In this document: positions 38,417 through 52,139 of the stretch, piece by piece | Position numbering within the stretch: the first letter of the stretch is position 1 | Layout of the letters: each line of letters starts with the position of its first letter | Assembly (NCBI RefSeq): GCF_001194135.2 | Contig: NC_068983.1 | Location: 25,230,898-25,294,811, forward strand | DNA length: 63,914 bases | Direction of reading: 5' to 3' | Origin: Octopus bimaculoides | Lineage: Eukaryota | Program-made: the position numbers and the translations under genes | Notes under the pieces: model-generated | The model's input: the letters and a program-made list of their open reading frames with translations, nothing else | Databases searched by the model: none | What the model was told of the DNA's origin: nothing

Positions 38417-38676
38417 TATAAGCAAGTAAATAAGAACAGAAGCTGGATTAATGTCAGTTCATTACAGCTGTTTCTTACGCATTTTTTTTATAGAAGAATG
38501 CTGACATGCTCCCACTGTGTTCTTGGGATATTCTCCTATTGTTTTGAAATGATGTTTCATCTGATGATTACGAATTTTGCAATGATGAAACGCACACGTT
38601 CTATTTAATAATGCGTAAGAAACAGCTGTAAAGAACTGACATTTATCCATTGTCAGTTATTATTCATTTGCTTATA
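38417..38676. mobile_element. 260-bp MITE-like foldback element with about 65-bp TIRs, TA-flanked
   Basis: Core TIR GGAT(T/A)AATGTCAGTTC(A/T)TTACAGCTGTTTCTTACGCATT (38445-38483 vs 38611-38649, 2 mismatches). Imperfect extension out to TATAAGC...GCTTATA. Confidence 0.8.
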
Positions 38677-38710
38677 TACATACACACACAGACACACACA
38701 CACACACACG

Positions 38711-38762
<52 letters not shown>

Positions 38763-38784
38763 AAACGTTCTACAAAATACTCAC

Positions 38785-38965
38785 CCTGAAGGCATTACCA
38801 ATGACCATTCAGAAGAGCTCTGAAACTGGTGGCAAGAAAGGGGAAAGTTATCTTCAGATCGGAAACCTGGCCTTGATTCTAATAACTCAGCTAAAGGCAT
38901 CATCTCTGATGTGACCTGTCGAAGTCCTGGACCGGCGAGGGATTCACTACGTCGCCGGTTCATGA
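38785..38965 (-). CDS. candidate host coding exon (possibly first coding exon), product unknown
   Basis: Acceptor ctaattttgtgctAG, 181 nt, one fully open frame (V)MNRRRSESLAGPGLRQVTSEMMPLAELLESRPGFRSEDNFPLSCHQFQSSSEWSLVMPS(G), consensus donor CAGG/GTGAGT. GC-richer than flanks; no similarity to other repeats in the window. Confidence 0.45.
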
Positions 38966-39085
38966 CTAGCACAAAATTAGCCTTAGCAACATTTCAACTC
39001 CAGATACAATGAGCCGTAATTATGAAAATACACCAACCCATAACCATAATTTGGCAGTTTTATTATTCCCTATGAAGACGTGAAG

Positions 39086-39289
39086 CTGGTTGTATACTTA
39101 GTGGGTCGGACAAAATGTTTAGCGACATTTCTTCCGACTATCTACGTTCTGAGTTCTAATTTCATCAAGGTCGACATTTCCTTTCATTCTTTCGGGGTCG
39201 ATAAAATAAGAACCAGTTTCATACTGGAGTCAATGTATTCAAATTATCTTCTTATCTAAGGTTGCTAACTTTGAATCAAAATTTGAAAC
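39086..39289 (+). mobile_element. tRNA-derived SINE (abundant family), diverged
   Basis: tacgttctgagttctaatt...aggtcgac..tcctttcattctttcggggtcgataaaataagaaccag. Confidence 0.75.
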
Positions 39290-40212
39290 ATTTATCAATT
39301 ATGAAAAGATTAAAGAAAAAGTTTAGATTTCCAAGGTATTTAAACTCCGATCTCCGAGTGTCTGTTCAAAATGCCGCAGGGTATATACTGTGATATAGTT
39401 AACCCAACCCATTCACCACGCTAGAATCTAAAATAGTTACCAGGCCGTAGAATGGTCAATTACATCGACACAAGCATGTAGGTGCTATATCATTTTATTC
39501 AACCCGGAAAAGTGAAAAACATTGTTTACTGACTGGCATATGAACTCAAAATGGAAAAAGCCGGAACACACACCACAAGGCACTTTGTTTGACAGTTCCA
39601 GCAATTTTGTCAGCCTAGCAAAACAAATTATATTGGTTCAGAAACTGTACAGAAACGACAAGAACAACATCATCACCATCATTAGTAGCAATAACATCAA
39701 TAAAAAAAGAATTATTATAAGAAAATATATATATGACAAATGGAAAAAATGAAAGAAACAAAGTAATGAAAATATAAATCAGATAAATATATACAGCACA
39801 GATAACTAAAAGTTACAGCGAGTTATGTATTTGCTAATAACTTTTAGATTATTATCTCAGTTCGTATCGCTTTCATTTATTCGCTGTAAATCATATTTCT
39901 GCTTTAGTACAAACCTGTGCCTTCCAATATCTCATTCTTGGACTTGTACGTCTGTGTGTGCTAATATATAGGGCGTGCGTGTATATGTGGTGGGTGCTGG
40001 ATACGCTCGTTCCACCACACACAACACATACATAAACATCCGTAAACAATGAATCTATATATATATATAAATGACTGTGAATTCACATACACACACGCAC
40101 ACACACGCACACACACGCACACACACACACACTCACAAACAAACACGCATACACACACATACATACACATATACATATGAATTTGTGTATGCATATGTAT
40201 ATATACATATTC

Positions 40213-40249
<37 letters not shown>

Positions 40250-40334
40250 AGTGTTGTATATATATATATATATAAATATCTATACATAAAACTATATACA
40301 CACATAAATACACGCACACACACACATTTATGTG

Positions 40335-40385
<51 letters not shown>

Positions 40386-40959
40386 TAGATCACTGTTCCC
40401 TAATAAAAGCTATGTAGCCTGCAACCTTTTATTATAATCTTAATTAAACACTCGTATCTCCTTTTTTTATGTTTATTCTATTTTGTATTGTTTCCAAATT
40501 AGGAATATTTCTTGATGTACCAATAAATGTAGAACTGGGTTTGGTCAAGGCAGTAATTATGTCGGTTCTGTAATTGCTTCGATTTACAGTAAACATTCTC
40601 GCATAAACTCACGTGTCTCAGTAAATAATGTGAAGGTAGAAAATAACAGCAACAACACAAAAGTCAATAACAAAACTAATTAATAATATTCTGGGAAATA
40701 TATATGAATTTTTTTCATATCGCTATAAGGCTACCGCATGAGGGTACTTTACGGGCTACAAAATTTGTGGAGTGTTACACAAAAATTTAATGAAACGAAA
40801 TGTGATAGCATTGCAGGGAGTACTTAGCAAATAATAATAATTACTGAGTCTCTGTGTTGGTCGTTTCGACTGGTGTTCTCATTATTCTGTCGCTTCAGCG
40901 GACCGAGAGAAGTGAAATTAGTTTTACTACTTCGACTTTAACAACATGAATTCTTTCTC

Positions 40960-41100
40960 TGTAATATTATACGCTTCCTTCTGCGATCACGATGGGGCCT
41001 AGTTATGGATTGTCACGTCGTTTTCAGGGGCCATGCGAATTTGTGTATTCATTGAGAAGTTACCAAACATATATCATTCTTCATAACCTCAGATCTTTAT
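40960..41100 (+). mobile_element. possible Gypsy GPY/F-domain relic
   Basis: ILYAS...GPSYGLSRRFQGPCEFV...Y resembles the post-integrase L.PR+.GPY motif; a single short motif only. Confidence 0.25.
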
Positions 41101-41547
41101 ACTTGCCCATACAATGTACCAAGAATGTGACCACGAACGAACACTTCATCATTCTTGACGCTGAACCACGCACTTCGTTGGCCCGTTAATGTCACAAAAG
41201 TGAATGGGCAAGTGTGTATGAGCCAACACTACTTGTAATTGTTTCGTCGACGCAACAAAAGCATTCGTATCCCTCGTAGTTCGTCGCCTTAATTGCCCAA
41301 ATAATTTAATTACCATCGACACAAGTACTTTTCAAACAACGCTGTTTGTACTTCTTGCTTCATTAGTAAATTACTGAAGAATCTGATGAAAGAGATTATT
41401 TTTCCTCGTTCATTAATAACAAGGTTGGGGAGAATAATACTCTCTTGGGTAACATAAACTCCCGATACAGGCCGTTTGAAATATGTTTATTTACGTAGCT
41501 TCATATCTGGGCGTCAATGTGCACATGTCAGAATCCATAATTTTGTA

Positions 41548-41774
41548 TTTCTTTACTGCCCACAAGGGGCTACACACAGAGGGGACAAACAAGAACAGAC
41601 AAAGGGATTAAGTCGATTACATCGACCCCAGTGCGTAACTGGTACTTAATTTATCGAGCCCGAAAGGATGAAAGGCAAAGTTGACCTGGGTGGAATTTGA
41701 ACTCAGAACGTAACGGCAGATTTTACCGCTAAGCATTTCGCCCAGCGTGCTAACGTTCTTACCAACTCGCCGCC
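41548..41774 (-). mobile_element. tRNA-derived SINE (abundant family), near-consensus, tail type B
   Basis: rc ggcggcgagttggtaagaacgttagcacgctggg...gagttcaaattcc...tttcatcctttcgggctcgataaattaagtaccag...cccctctgtgtgtagccccttgtgggcagtaaagaaa. Confidence 0.9.
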
Positions 41775-42179
41775 ATAGATTCTCCGAAGGCAACCACATT
41801 TATGTATAGTAATGTGGGATCGTCAGTCACTGGCCTCCCCTCGGAGCCGACACTGGAAAACACACATTCATGCACTAAAACATTATGCTCGTAGGATTCA
41901 CCTAGAGGTGTGACATTTGAAGCTGCAGATGAAATTCCAAGCAGATCTGGAAAGTTGACGTTGTTGTTTCTATCATTTCTTCGTGTTCCATTTCTTTATT
42001 CTATAAGTCTATGTTGGAGGAGAGATTATGGATTATCTCCTTGGTCATACGTTGCCTATGTTTTATGGTAGGAGAAATTAATCATCGGAGGAGCATGCTA
42101 CAAATATGATGCCAGACGTGAGGACATTTTTGCCTCTGTTTCCAAAATATATGTTTCTCCAAACTTCTTACGCACTTCA

Positions 42180-42732
<553 letters not shown>

Positions 42733-45120
42733 AGAATTAATAAAGTAAGAAACTTCAAAGTCTATGTGGCTGTCAAATGCAACCCCTACGGAGCAATGAA
42801 GATACAATATTTGGTCACAGTGGACTTAGAGTAAAAGGCCAGACACCTATCACATATCAGTCAGCGACCAATCCTAAGAACACTCTGGAGTGCTTCTTTG
42901 AAGCTGAAGCGCTTTGTAATTCGGCATCAGGATAAAAGGTCCTCTAACTTTGGAATGAAAAAGAAATGTTTGAGATCAGTGCGATCCATCGTATGCGCGA
43001 AGCTGTGTAGTAGAAAAAGAATCGATTTACCGGTGCAGATAGTGAAGAAATAAAGCACAGTTTTGAGACAAGCCGGCAAAATCAGGATGAGTTTGGTGAG
43101 CCTTTGAAAGAAAGCAGCAATGGAATTAATGTTGATAAACTTGAAAAACAGAGGAGGAAATAGTAAGAGGAATACGTGAATTAGTGAAAAGCGGGATAGT
43201 GATAGGGATGCAATGGGGGTATGTTTGCAGAAATCTAGTAGTCTATATATAGTTACTGTCTGAATATGAAGACAGTGAACAGGAAACACTCAGCTGATTA
43301 ACTGCTTTGATAGTATGGTAATCAATAACATCCGATCAACGTAGGTTGTCGATAAGAGAAAACTACATAGTAAAACAATGAAGATAGATAGATCCTTGCA
43401 GTATGTATAGGTGGACGGTTTCAAAGAATTAAATGACTTGCTTAGGTCCTCAATATCGAGCCCATGACCCGATAATCATTCACCGAATACTTTGACTACT
43501 TTGTTACACATCTGGAAGTAACAAATATGATGACTAGATTTACAGAGACTCTATAACATTTCGGATTGTTGCTATATTGTAATTGAGAACTTAAAGCGTA
43601 TCCGCATTGCTTATCATATGCAAAACATTTCACTTATAAAGTATCTTATACCTGGTGATTAGTTTCCCAAAAAACATAATGATAGTTGCTTTTAGCTATC
43701 GTTTTCCAGATAAGAAAGAGCACTGTTTGAACTGCAATGTAGCCCTATCTACATATTACATTTTATTTCTTCTGTTCAATTATATTTCCTGCATTTCCAT
43801 CTTATAAAAACTCGACGAATCAACTTTTGTTTTCTTCACTTTATTAAATTTGATTCAGAGATTTCGCAATATTTGTACATCTCCCACATCCAAAATACCC
43901 GATAATAAACTGAATGACTAAAAAGAAACATGCACGTTTTTGACTTCTTAAATTTTTTTATTATAGTTCTTTATTCTCGAACGTCTTTTACATGTTACAG
44001 ATTTTGATCTGTAACGAACTTAAAATGCATTTGTATTTCTTCCAATCAAGCGGAAGTTATTTATAGCATCTACCCATTGCGGCGGGTTCAACGTGTAATT
44101 CATAACTGAAAAACAAAATTACTTGAATAACCGTTATTTTTTTTTTAATATATATGTGTTTGTAGCTACACAACATAGGAGTGAATGACAACCTTCTCCA
44201 TCCAACCGTTTCGTCTTCAAAAATCATTGGAATAATATCTTCAACTATCATCTATTACACTGGAGAACAAGGTGTTTGTTGTCTGGTATTGGAAACATAT
44301 CTCCAAGTAATTTTGAGGTGCTGATTTCAAACATGAAATACATCTTTCTCTCTAACATCAAGATTGTTTCGAAAACTCAAGTAGCCATTTATCAGGATTT
44401 CCAGTATTGTCACCATTTCTAAGAATAGATTTGGCTGAATCAAATGCATACCCATGTATGGAGCTTGACAAAACTTTGAAAGCACGTTTTACAATATAAT
44501 TTACTGGAAATGCATCTACAAAAGTGAAAAGAAAAGTTATGATTTAAGTATCGCCAGTAAGTATAAAGCCTCAAACTTGAGCAACATTCACTATTTTCAA
44601 TCTGACTGTTTTAAATCTCACGATGATGAGAGAAATGCTCTTTATACAATTACGTACGCACGTATTAATAAACTACATTTTTCTGTGTTCCTCGACATCA
44701 TACGTATTTCATATTTGTGGATTCGTCTGTCAATATGACTATGCCGTGCTTGATTCAGTATAACTATCATTGCAAACCAGGTGAGACATGTTTTGTTGAA
44801 CCTTTAAATATTTCTTATGAAAATTGTTATTTTGAATGTACCAATTGCAAGGTCACACGGGTTTCGTCAAGCATTGTCAAAAAACTGAAGGAAGTTCACT
44901 AAACAGCCTTGGGTACAGGTTACTCTTCATTCTCGAGGAGACTGCATATTTTCTCTGGAAAAGCTGGCGGAAGGTTTAAAAGGCCGTTCATGACACTAAA
45001 ACTGATAAGTATACTTAGTCATAGCTGGAACTATGACCCATGCTGTACTGGATAACAGGGTCAGTTACGATTGTTGCTCACACTGCAGCTCATTAATGCA
45101 ATCATTTCTGTTCATCTTAC

Positions 45121-45372
45121 TTGCCGTAATAAGCGTCTTCAAATAAGGTTTTCTGTGTCGTTACTACTTCTGAACACATTCTGATTTCTCTGCTCATATA
45201 TCACCCTTCGTTACACTTGCGTTGACCAACCGCCTCTGCTGTGACTCCAAGGTTAAAGCAGACGATGGATTCAACGCTGTTGACAATATCTCGAACAGAC
45301 ACACATGTATTTCTATGCCCAAAATATTGAGCACGAGTGTATAAAAGGTTGGCATATTGTTTTTGCTTATTT
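45121..45372 (-). repeat. diverged inverted copy of 46629-46854; possible decayed DNA transposase C-terminus
   Basis: Collinear shared blocks aaaacaatatg, catagaaatacatg.gtgtc, tttaaccttgga, ggttgg.caac, gatat.tgagcaga, cttattacgg. Translation QYAN...HRNT.VS...IVCFNLG. Confidence 0.6.
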
Positions 45373-45976
45373 AGGGAATGTATTTTCAATCTCGAAAATA
45401 AATCAGGTGGTCCATTAGATTGAATTCAGTCACGCTAAAAGCAAATAAGGTTTTATACTGATCTGACAAGGCTTCTTTGAGTAGTTATCTTGAGTGCTTT
45501 TGAAAGCCTCTATCCTACATTTAGGAGGCAGAGATAGAATACTTTCTTCTACATGAAAAGATGCATATTCCGTATCATATACTAGCAACGGTGACATTTG
45601 CATGCAATATAATGGAAAAAATTTCATTTGGCAAAGAGTGCGTTTGTGTTTGATTTTATTTATTTATTTATTCGTTCATGTTGAACATTTAATATCTTGT
45701 TGTGAAATTAAATTACACTTCTGTATCTTCTCTGTTATTGGACTCTCTTATTTTACTCATTACCGATTTTCGTTTGATAGGCGTGGTTCAGAAATGTGTA
45801 GCCATTTCTGTGTAGAGAAAAATTAAAGAATTACAGAAGAATGAAAAGCTATTCCATGTAGTAAAAGTCCTTCACATTTAGAAGCAACTCATAAACAAGT
45901 CTGATTGAATCAGCAGTGAATACAATTGCTGTTACTCCTGTTACTACTATCATCATCACCATCAGTGATAGTAATG

Positions 45977-46040
<64 letters not shown>

Positions 46041-46043
<3 letters not shown>

Positions 46044-46302
46044 CAGAAACAATTCCTATCATAGTAGGTGCCTTAGGTATAATAAAAAAATATTCAGACA
46101 AATACATAACAAAAATACCAGGACTTACAAATATATATAACATACAGAAAATTGCACTACTGGGTACTGCACACATTCTACGCAAAACACTTTCAATACA
46201 GTAAACATAAGAGCACCACAGCAAACCACAGCACATACCCAAGGCGCACAGAGCTGCGCTCGGTAGTGAAGTGAAAGCACGTTATAAAAATAAAACTACT
46301 GA
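46041..46302 (+). mobile_element. R4/Dong 3' end, same family as 31833-32580, in (TAA)n
   Basis: KTETIPIIVGALGIIKKYSDKYITKIPGLTNIYNIQKIALLGTAHILRKTLSIQ* plus a 3' UTR near-identical to 32480-32580. (TAA)n on both sides. Confidence 0.92.
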
Positions 46303-46303
46303 A

Positions 46304-46340
<37 letters not shown>

Positions 46341-46628
46341 TGTAGTAGTAGTAGTTCCTAAACGTTGAGAGTTGCTCCAAACGGTTCAGATATATATTAA
46401 AAAAAAGTTGGTGAGTTAGTAAACAGTGATGATTAAACAATCCTGTCACTTAAGATATATATTTCAACATATTCACCAGACGGAGAATTAACATTTTTTC
46501 TCTATCTGCGCAATGGACTCACTGGAACATAAGTTCGATTCACCATATCTAACACAGAGCAATAATTTTGAGCATAATATCTGTTGAATTTGCTATATCA
46601 CTTGATATAGACTAAAATTTGCATGCTG

Positions 46629-46854
46629 ATTTAGACAAAACAATATGGCAAACATTCATAAACTCATTCCCAGTATTCTGGCCATAGAAATACATGAGTG
46701 TCGTTTCGAGTGTTGAAATCCGTTTTAACCTTGGAATTGCAGCATAAGTGGTTGGCCAACTTAAAGGTGGTGGAAGTTTGATATGTGAGCAGAAAGATCT
46801 GGAAGTGTTTACTAAAGGCGCAGAAAGTCTTACATGAAGGCACTTACTACGGAA
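46629..46854 (+). repeat. diverged inverted copy of 45121-45372
   Basis: See 45121-45372. Confidence 0.6.
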
Positions 46855-47613
46855 GGCAACATATATTGCCTTTCCTTGCATATACTGTCTATTCAGGGCT
46901 TAACAATTGATTCCAGGGCCTCAATGTAGGCGGTAGAGTTAACTCTTAGGCTTTGTGAAAAGAAGATGACAACTAAAACATGACAGTTGCAGGAAATTCT
47001 GTATGCATAACACTTAGAACTTCAAAAAGGTCTGTCATTTCTTCAGTTAATTTTTTGATCTTGGTCGAAGTTTTTCTCGTTTAAGGAAAACCAAATCAAA
47101 CCTTCTGCTGGATTTTCAGTTTGTTTAAGACACTTTTAGACCTGATGTAGTGATTTTCTTTTTCTTTTTCTGACAAATTGACCTTTTCTCATCATATAAC
47201 ACTTCGTGGACAACATTTCTGACTGTTCCTTCTGACAAATGGAGATCTTTTGTAATAGATCTCATGGACTTTTTGAGATTGTAATCAAGTCTGTGCTGAA
47301 CTTGCTGGATAAATTCAAATGTTCTGATAATTTCAGAGCGTTTAGAATGCTTCTTATACGTTTCAATCGTCAGTCCCTAACTGCTTAAAAACTTTGTCGT
47401 CGAACTAACTGGCAACTTTTAAAATTCATGATATTTTTTAAATCGATATGCTCAGCCTGTATAGCAACAATGACAGCATGCTTCTTCATTTCTTTAATAA
47501 ATTGAAGGACTACCATTATTATTTTTTGAAACAAAGATTATACAGTGTTAGCAAAAAATACAGCAATGACCACAAAAAGGTATGTCCTCAAATACCAAGT
47601 GCACCCTGAATAT
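46855..47613 (-). mobile_element. maT/DD37D-like transposon, 3'-truncated copy related to 7326-8527
   Basis: TIR rc tattcagggtgcacttggtatttgaggacata. Collinear matches: gcattctaaacgctctgaaat, atccagcagaaggttt, gttaactctaccgcc. Confidence 0.8.
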
Positions 47614-49637
47614 ACACATTTCTATACGGATCCGTGTGTAACTGTGCGTGTGTGTGTGTGTCTGTGTAAAACAATGAAAGAAATTGGGATAGAGAATATC
47701 CCTGTTCTAATTATGTCATAAGCGACTGTCACGTGGTTGTATGTTAAATCGTAATTCAGATCCAAACGTAAGATATCTATATTATTTTTATTGCATTACT
47801 TGATGTTGAGTACACAACTTCCTATCATTTATAAACACTTTTACTTCCTCTGCCTCGCCCCATTATTCCACCTTTTGTTTTTCAATAGCGGCTTCTGTAA
47901 GAGAAACAAAAAAAAAATGTTTTAATGAACGCCACAATATGTTTTGGTAACTGGTAATTTAAGAACATTCATATATACATGTGTATTTCTGTATGTAGGT
48001 TTATATATACACACACTATGAATTTACATTTATGTATATGCATATATATGCATATGTATAAATGTGTGTGTGTGTGTGTGAAGACTTGCATATATATATG
48101 CGTGTGTTGGTGGTAATTTTAATGATGATTTATGAATATACACTTATATATATATATATATGTATTGGTGTGTGTGTGTGCTTGTTTGTGCGTATATGTG
48201 TGAGTGTACATTATGTAAGTATTAGAGTGTTTATGTAAGAGTCTGTGTACTATGCATGTATATGTGTCTGTGTGTTTGTATGACTATCTATAAAACATAG
48301 TCAGTTATGCAAATTGTTGATACAATGCAGTCTGGCGGTACATAAAAAAGAATATAATTTGTATGAAATTACCATTTAGCTTTTTACCCCTATCAAAAAA
48401 GACAATTTCCTAATTAAAGCAAATGCAGTGATTGAAAAAAATGTTGAAGAATTGAATCATGTCGATCTTAATGATTTCTTTTGAAGTAAACAGTTGGTTA
48501 TTTTAAATTGATAATCAATGAGTACACAATTTCTTTCTATCTTCGTTTTCAGACAAAATACATCAGAAAAATCGGAGTGTATTGTTGCAGTTTCTTCGAT
48601 ATTTTATCGCACAGTAATGCGATTTGCATAAGAGATGTTTACAAATTCTAAATATTTTTTGACAGCCTAATGTATTTTCTTTAATTTATTAGTATTTCAT
48701 ATCGTATTATTATCAGTTTTCAATGAATTAATCACAATGCCAAAGATTTTATGATGGCGAAGCGTGATTATCGGTGCAATTCGGGCGCAACGTATATATC
48801 AAAAAGACTAGCTCAGATATCAGATATCACCGGTTTATCAGATTTATAACGGGTGTTTTTAATTTCATGTACTCACGCACACATGTATGTGTATATCTAC
48901 CTATCTATCCGTGTGAATAAATAAATAAATAAATAAATATATATATATNNNNNNNNNNNNNNNNNNNNNNNNNNNNNNNNNNNNNNNNNNNNNNNNNNNN
49001 NNNNNNNNNNNNNNNNNNNNNNNNNNNNNNNNNNNNNNNNNNNNNNNNNNNNNNNNNNNNNNNNNNNNNNNNNNNNNNNNNNNNNNNNNNNNNNNNNNNN
49101 NNNNNNNNNNNNNNNNNNNNNNNNNNNNNNNNNNNNNNNNNNNNNNNNNNNNNNNNNNNNNNNNNNNNNNNNNNNNNNNNNNNNNNNNNNNNNNNNNNNN
49201 NNNNNNNNNNNNNNNNNNNNNNNNNNNNNNNNNNNNNNNNNNNNNNNNNNNNNNNNNNNNNNNNNNNNNNNNNNNNNNNNNNNNNNNNNNNNNNNNNNNN
49301 NNNNNNNNNNNNNNNNNNNNNNNNNNNNNNNNNNNNNNNNNNNNNNNNNNNNNNNNNNNNNNNNNNNNNNNNNNNNNNNNNNNNNNNNNNNNNNNNNNNN
49401 NNNNNNNNNNNNNNNNNNNNNNNNNNNNNNNNNNNNNNNNNNNNNNNNNNNNNNNNNNNNNNNNNNNNNNNNNNNNNNNNNNNNNNNNNNNNNNNNNNNN
49501 NNNNNNNNNNNNNNNNNNNNNNNNNNNNNNNNNNNNNNNNNNNNNNNNNNNNNNNNNNNNNNNNNNNNNNNNNNNNNNNNNNNNNNNNNNNNNNNNNNNN
49601 NNATATATATATATGTATAATATAATATATATGAATC

Positions 49638-49755
49638 TAGGTCCAGTCCCACTGCGTGGGATCTTGGGCAAGTGTCTTCTACTATAGCCTAGGGCCGACT
49701 AAAGCTTTCTGAGTGGATTTGGAAGACTGAAACTGAACGAAGTTCGTCGTATTCA

Positions 49756-49795
<40 letters not shown>

Positions 49796-49915
49796 TATGT
49801 ATGTATATGTCTGTTTTTGTCTCCAGTGTCAATGATGGGGTCGATTTGTTCGACTACAAGCGGTGCACCAGCATGACCGCAATGTAATGACTGAAACAAG
49901 GAAATATATAAAAGA
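49638..49915 (+). mobile_element. bipartite SINE: truncated head + (CT)n(CA)n(TATG)n + internally deleted tail
   Basis: cagtcccactgcgtgggatcttgggcaagtgtcttctactatagcc...tcgtcgtat, then microsatellite, then ggggtcgatttgttcgact...ccagcatgaccgcaa...gactgaaacaag. Confidence 0.75.
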
Positions 49916-50277
49916 ATATATATAAACATACATTTATATGTACATACACACTCGCAGACACATCTGCATAATTACATACCTAAATGCACAAATACATACA
50001 TACATAAGCACGTACATCCATACATGGGTATATGCGTATATGCTGCATATACATATATACATATATGCATACATACATACATGTGCAAATATATATTAAT
50101 ACATACATACATACCTACATACATACACACATATATAAAAACATAGAATGGACTAAGTGTTACTTTCTCAGATGCAGCACGAAATGTTGTCAGTAAACAG
50201 GGTGCGGTTTCAAAGCAACAAAAATATGTTGGTACAGATAAAATTTAAATGTTTTAATGAAGCTGACGGTGAAATTG

Positions 50278-50364
<87 letters not shown>

Positions 50365-50793
50365 NNNNNNNNNNNNNNNNNNNNNNNNNNNNNNNNNNNN
50401 NNNNNNNNNNNNNNNNNNNNNNNNNNNNNNNNNNNNNNNNNNNNNNNNNNNNNNNNNNNNNNNNNNNNNNNNNNNNNNNNNNNNNNNNNNNNNNNNNNNN
50501 NNNNNNNNNNNNNNNNNNNNNCGATCTAGCGTCAAGCAGTGCTTAGGCATAAATTAAATTTAGGTCAGTTAAAATATCTTTGTCACATATTTCAACTACT
50601 AATGGCAAATTCACTGCAGTTTCTCTAGTATGGTAAAAATGGAAAAATGGTAAAAATGTTGTAAAAACATCAGATTTATCTCGTGCTGTCACCTACCGGA
50701 TATCCAGAGATCGATGTTTCTAGGCGTTATCAATCTAAAAACATATAGACCGAACCAGTTAATAATATATAATATATGTGTGTGTGTAACCAT

Positions 50794-50945
50794 ATATGAC
50801 AATTATTCGGTAGCTATGATAAAACTCCTAGTTTCGGATGCCGGAGTTATTAATGGCCAAATAACTGAAGAGATGGCGGCGTGGGTTTCCGCCCCGGCAA
50901 CCGAAACTCGGAGTTTATCATGGCTACCGAATAATTGTGACATAT
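50794..50945 (+). ncRNA. hairpin (51-bp arms) enclosing a degenerate hammerhead motif
   Basis: 50794-50844 vs rc of 50894-50945 near-identical. AAUAA-CUGAAGA(50865-50871)-GAUGGCGG...CCGGCAACC-GAAA-CUCGGAG-UU-UAUC. Confidence 0.6.
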
Positions 50946-51009
50946 TTTTACAGACAAATTCCTCTATTTACATAATATCGAAGTCTCGTTCTTTTGTTTT
51001 CTTATGTAA

Positions 51010-52101
51010 GTTGGAGGTGGAAATAGCAAAGAAGTAAGTCTAAGATATTTCGATTTAAGAAGGAATTTAATAAAACATGATTGAAAAAAATTATATAAAG
51101 AAAAATATTACCGGTTTCGATGATGAATCTCATCTTCTCAAATATCACTAAAAAATTGAATAAAAATTTGATGTAAAAACAGTTTATCTTTTGTCTAGGG
51201 GGTCAAGATGGTGTCTGGAGATTTTTCGCTGAAGTCATTTTTAAGTATAGTTTGGTATAGAGTCCAAAGTGTTAGAGAGTAAGATAAGGTGCCTAGTTGT
51301 TCATGCTCTAAAAGAATACATTTTATGTTCCTGCCAAGGGAGTGGCTAAAAAGTATTCATTGAAGGGATTTTACGCCCACCTGTGTTTGTGTGTGTGTAT
51401 TGTGTTGGATGTTCTTTCAATATGTTTAGAATATGTATAGCTGTGTATTGATGGTGTGTTTGTTGTGATGAATGTCTTGTTGAAGAAAGAATTAAAATTT
51501 TCTCTTGGATTACATGTATTCTTTAGAATGTCTCCACCTGTGTGTATGTGTGTGTGTGAGTGTATTTTTGGCGATGTTTTCTTTGTGTGTATGTGTGTGT
51601 GTGCTTTTGATTTTTTGGTATGTGTGTATGTGAGTGCCTGTGTGTGTGTGTTTATGTGTGTGTGTCTTTTTTTGCGATGCCAACATAATTACATAGGTCA
51701 GCCGGGCGGATCGTTATGCAACAGAATGACGCCAACAGATCCGAGACAAAAACACATTGCAACCTTTGCAAGAATGGTCTTATCAAGTTTCAAAATATTT
51801 TCTCTCTACAAGTGCTCAGATTCTTTCAACCAACAACAAGCACTAAATAAAGAAAGGCAATTTATTAACGAGTATATGCCACAATTAAATATAGACCAAA
51901 CCAATACTAACCAATAAATAAGAACAGATACTTAAAAACAATTTTATTATTGTTATCGTTTTAAAAAATACTTCCGATCACTTTCTAAATATGATTCCAA
52001 TATATATATATATATATAATCCTACACTCACACAGGCGCACGTGCGAACACACACACACAAACATAATACACACATATATAAAAAAAAAACGTCATAAAC
52101 G

Positions 52102-52139
<38 letters not shown>

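Noticed and set aside
42927-43289. 120-aa hydrophobic minus ORF
   Set aside because: Composition is typical of the antisense of purine-rich DNA; no domain signature.
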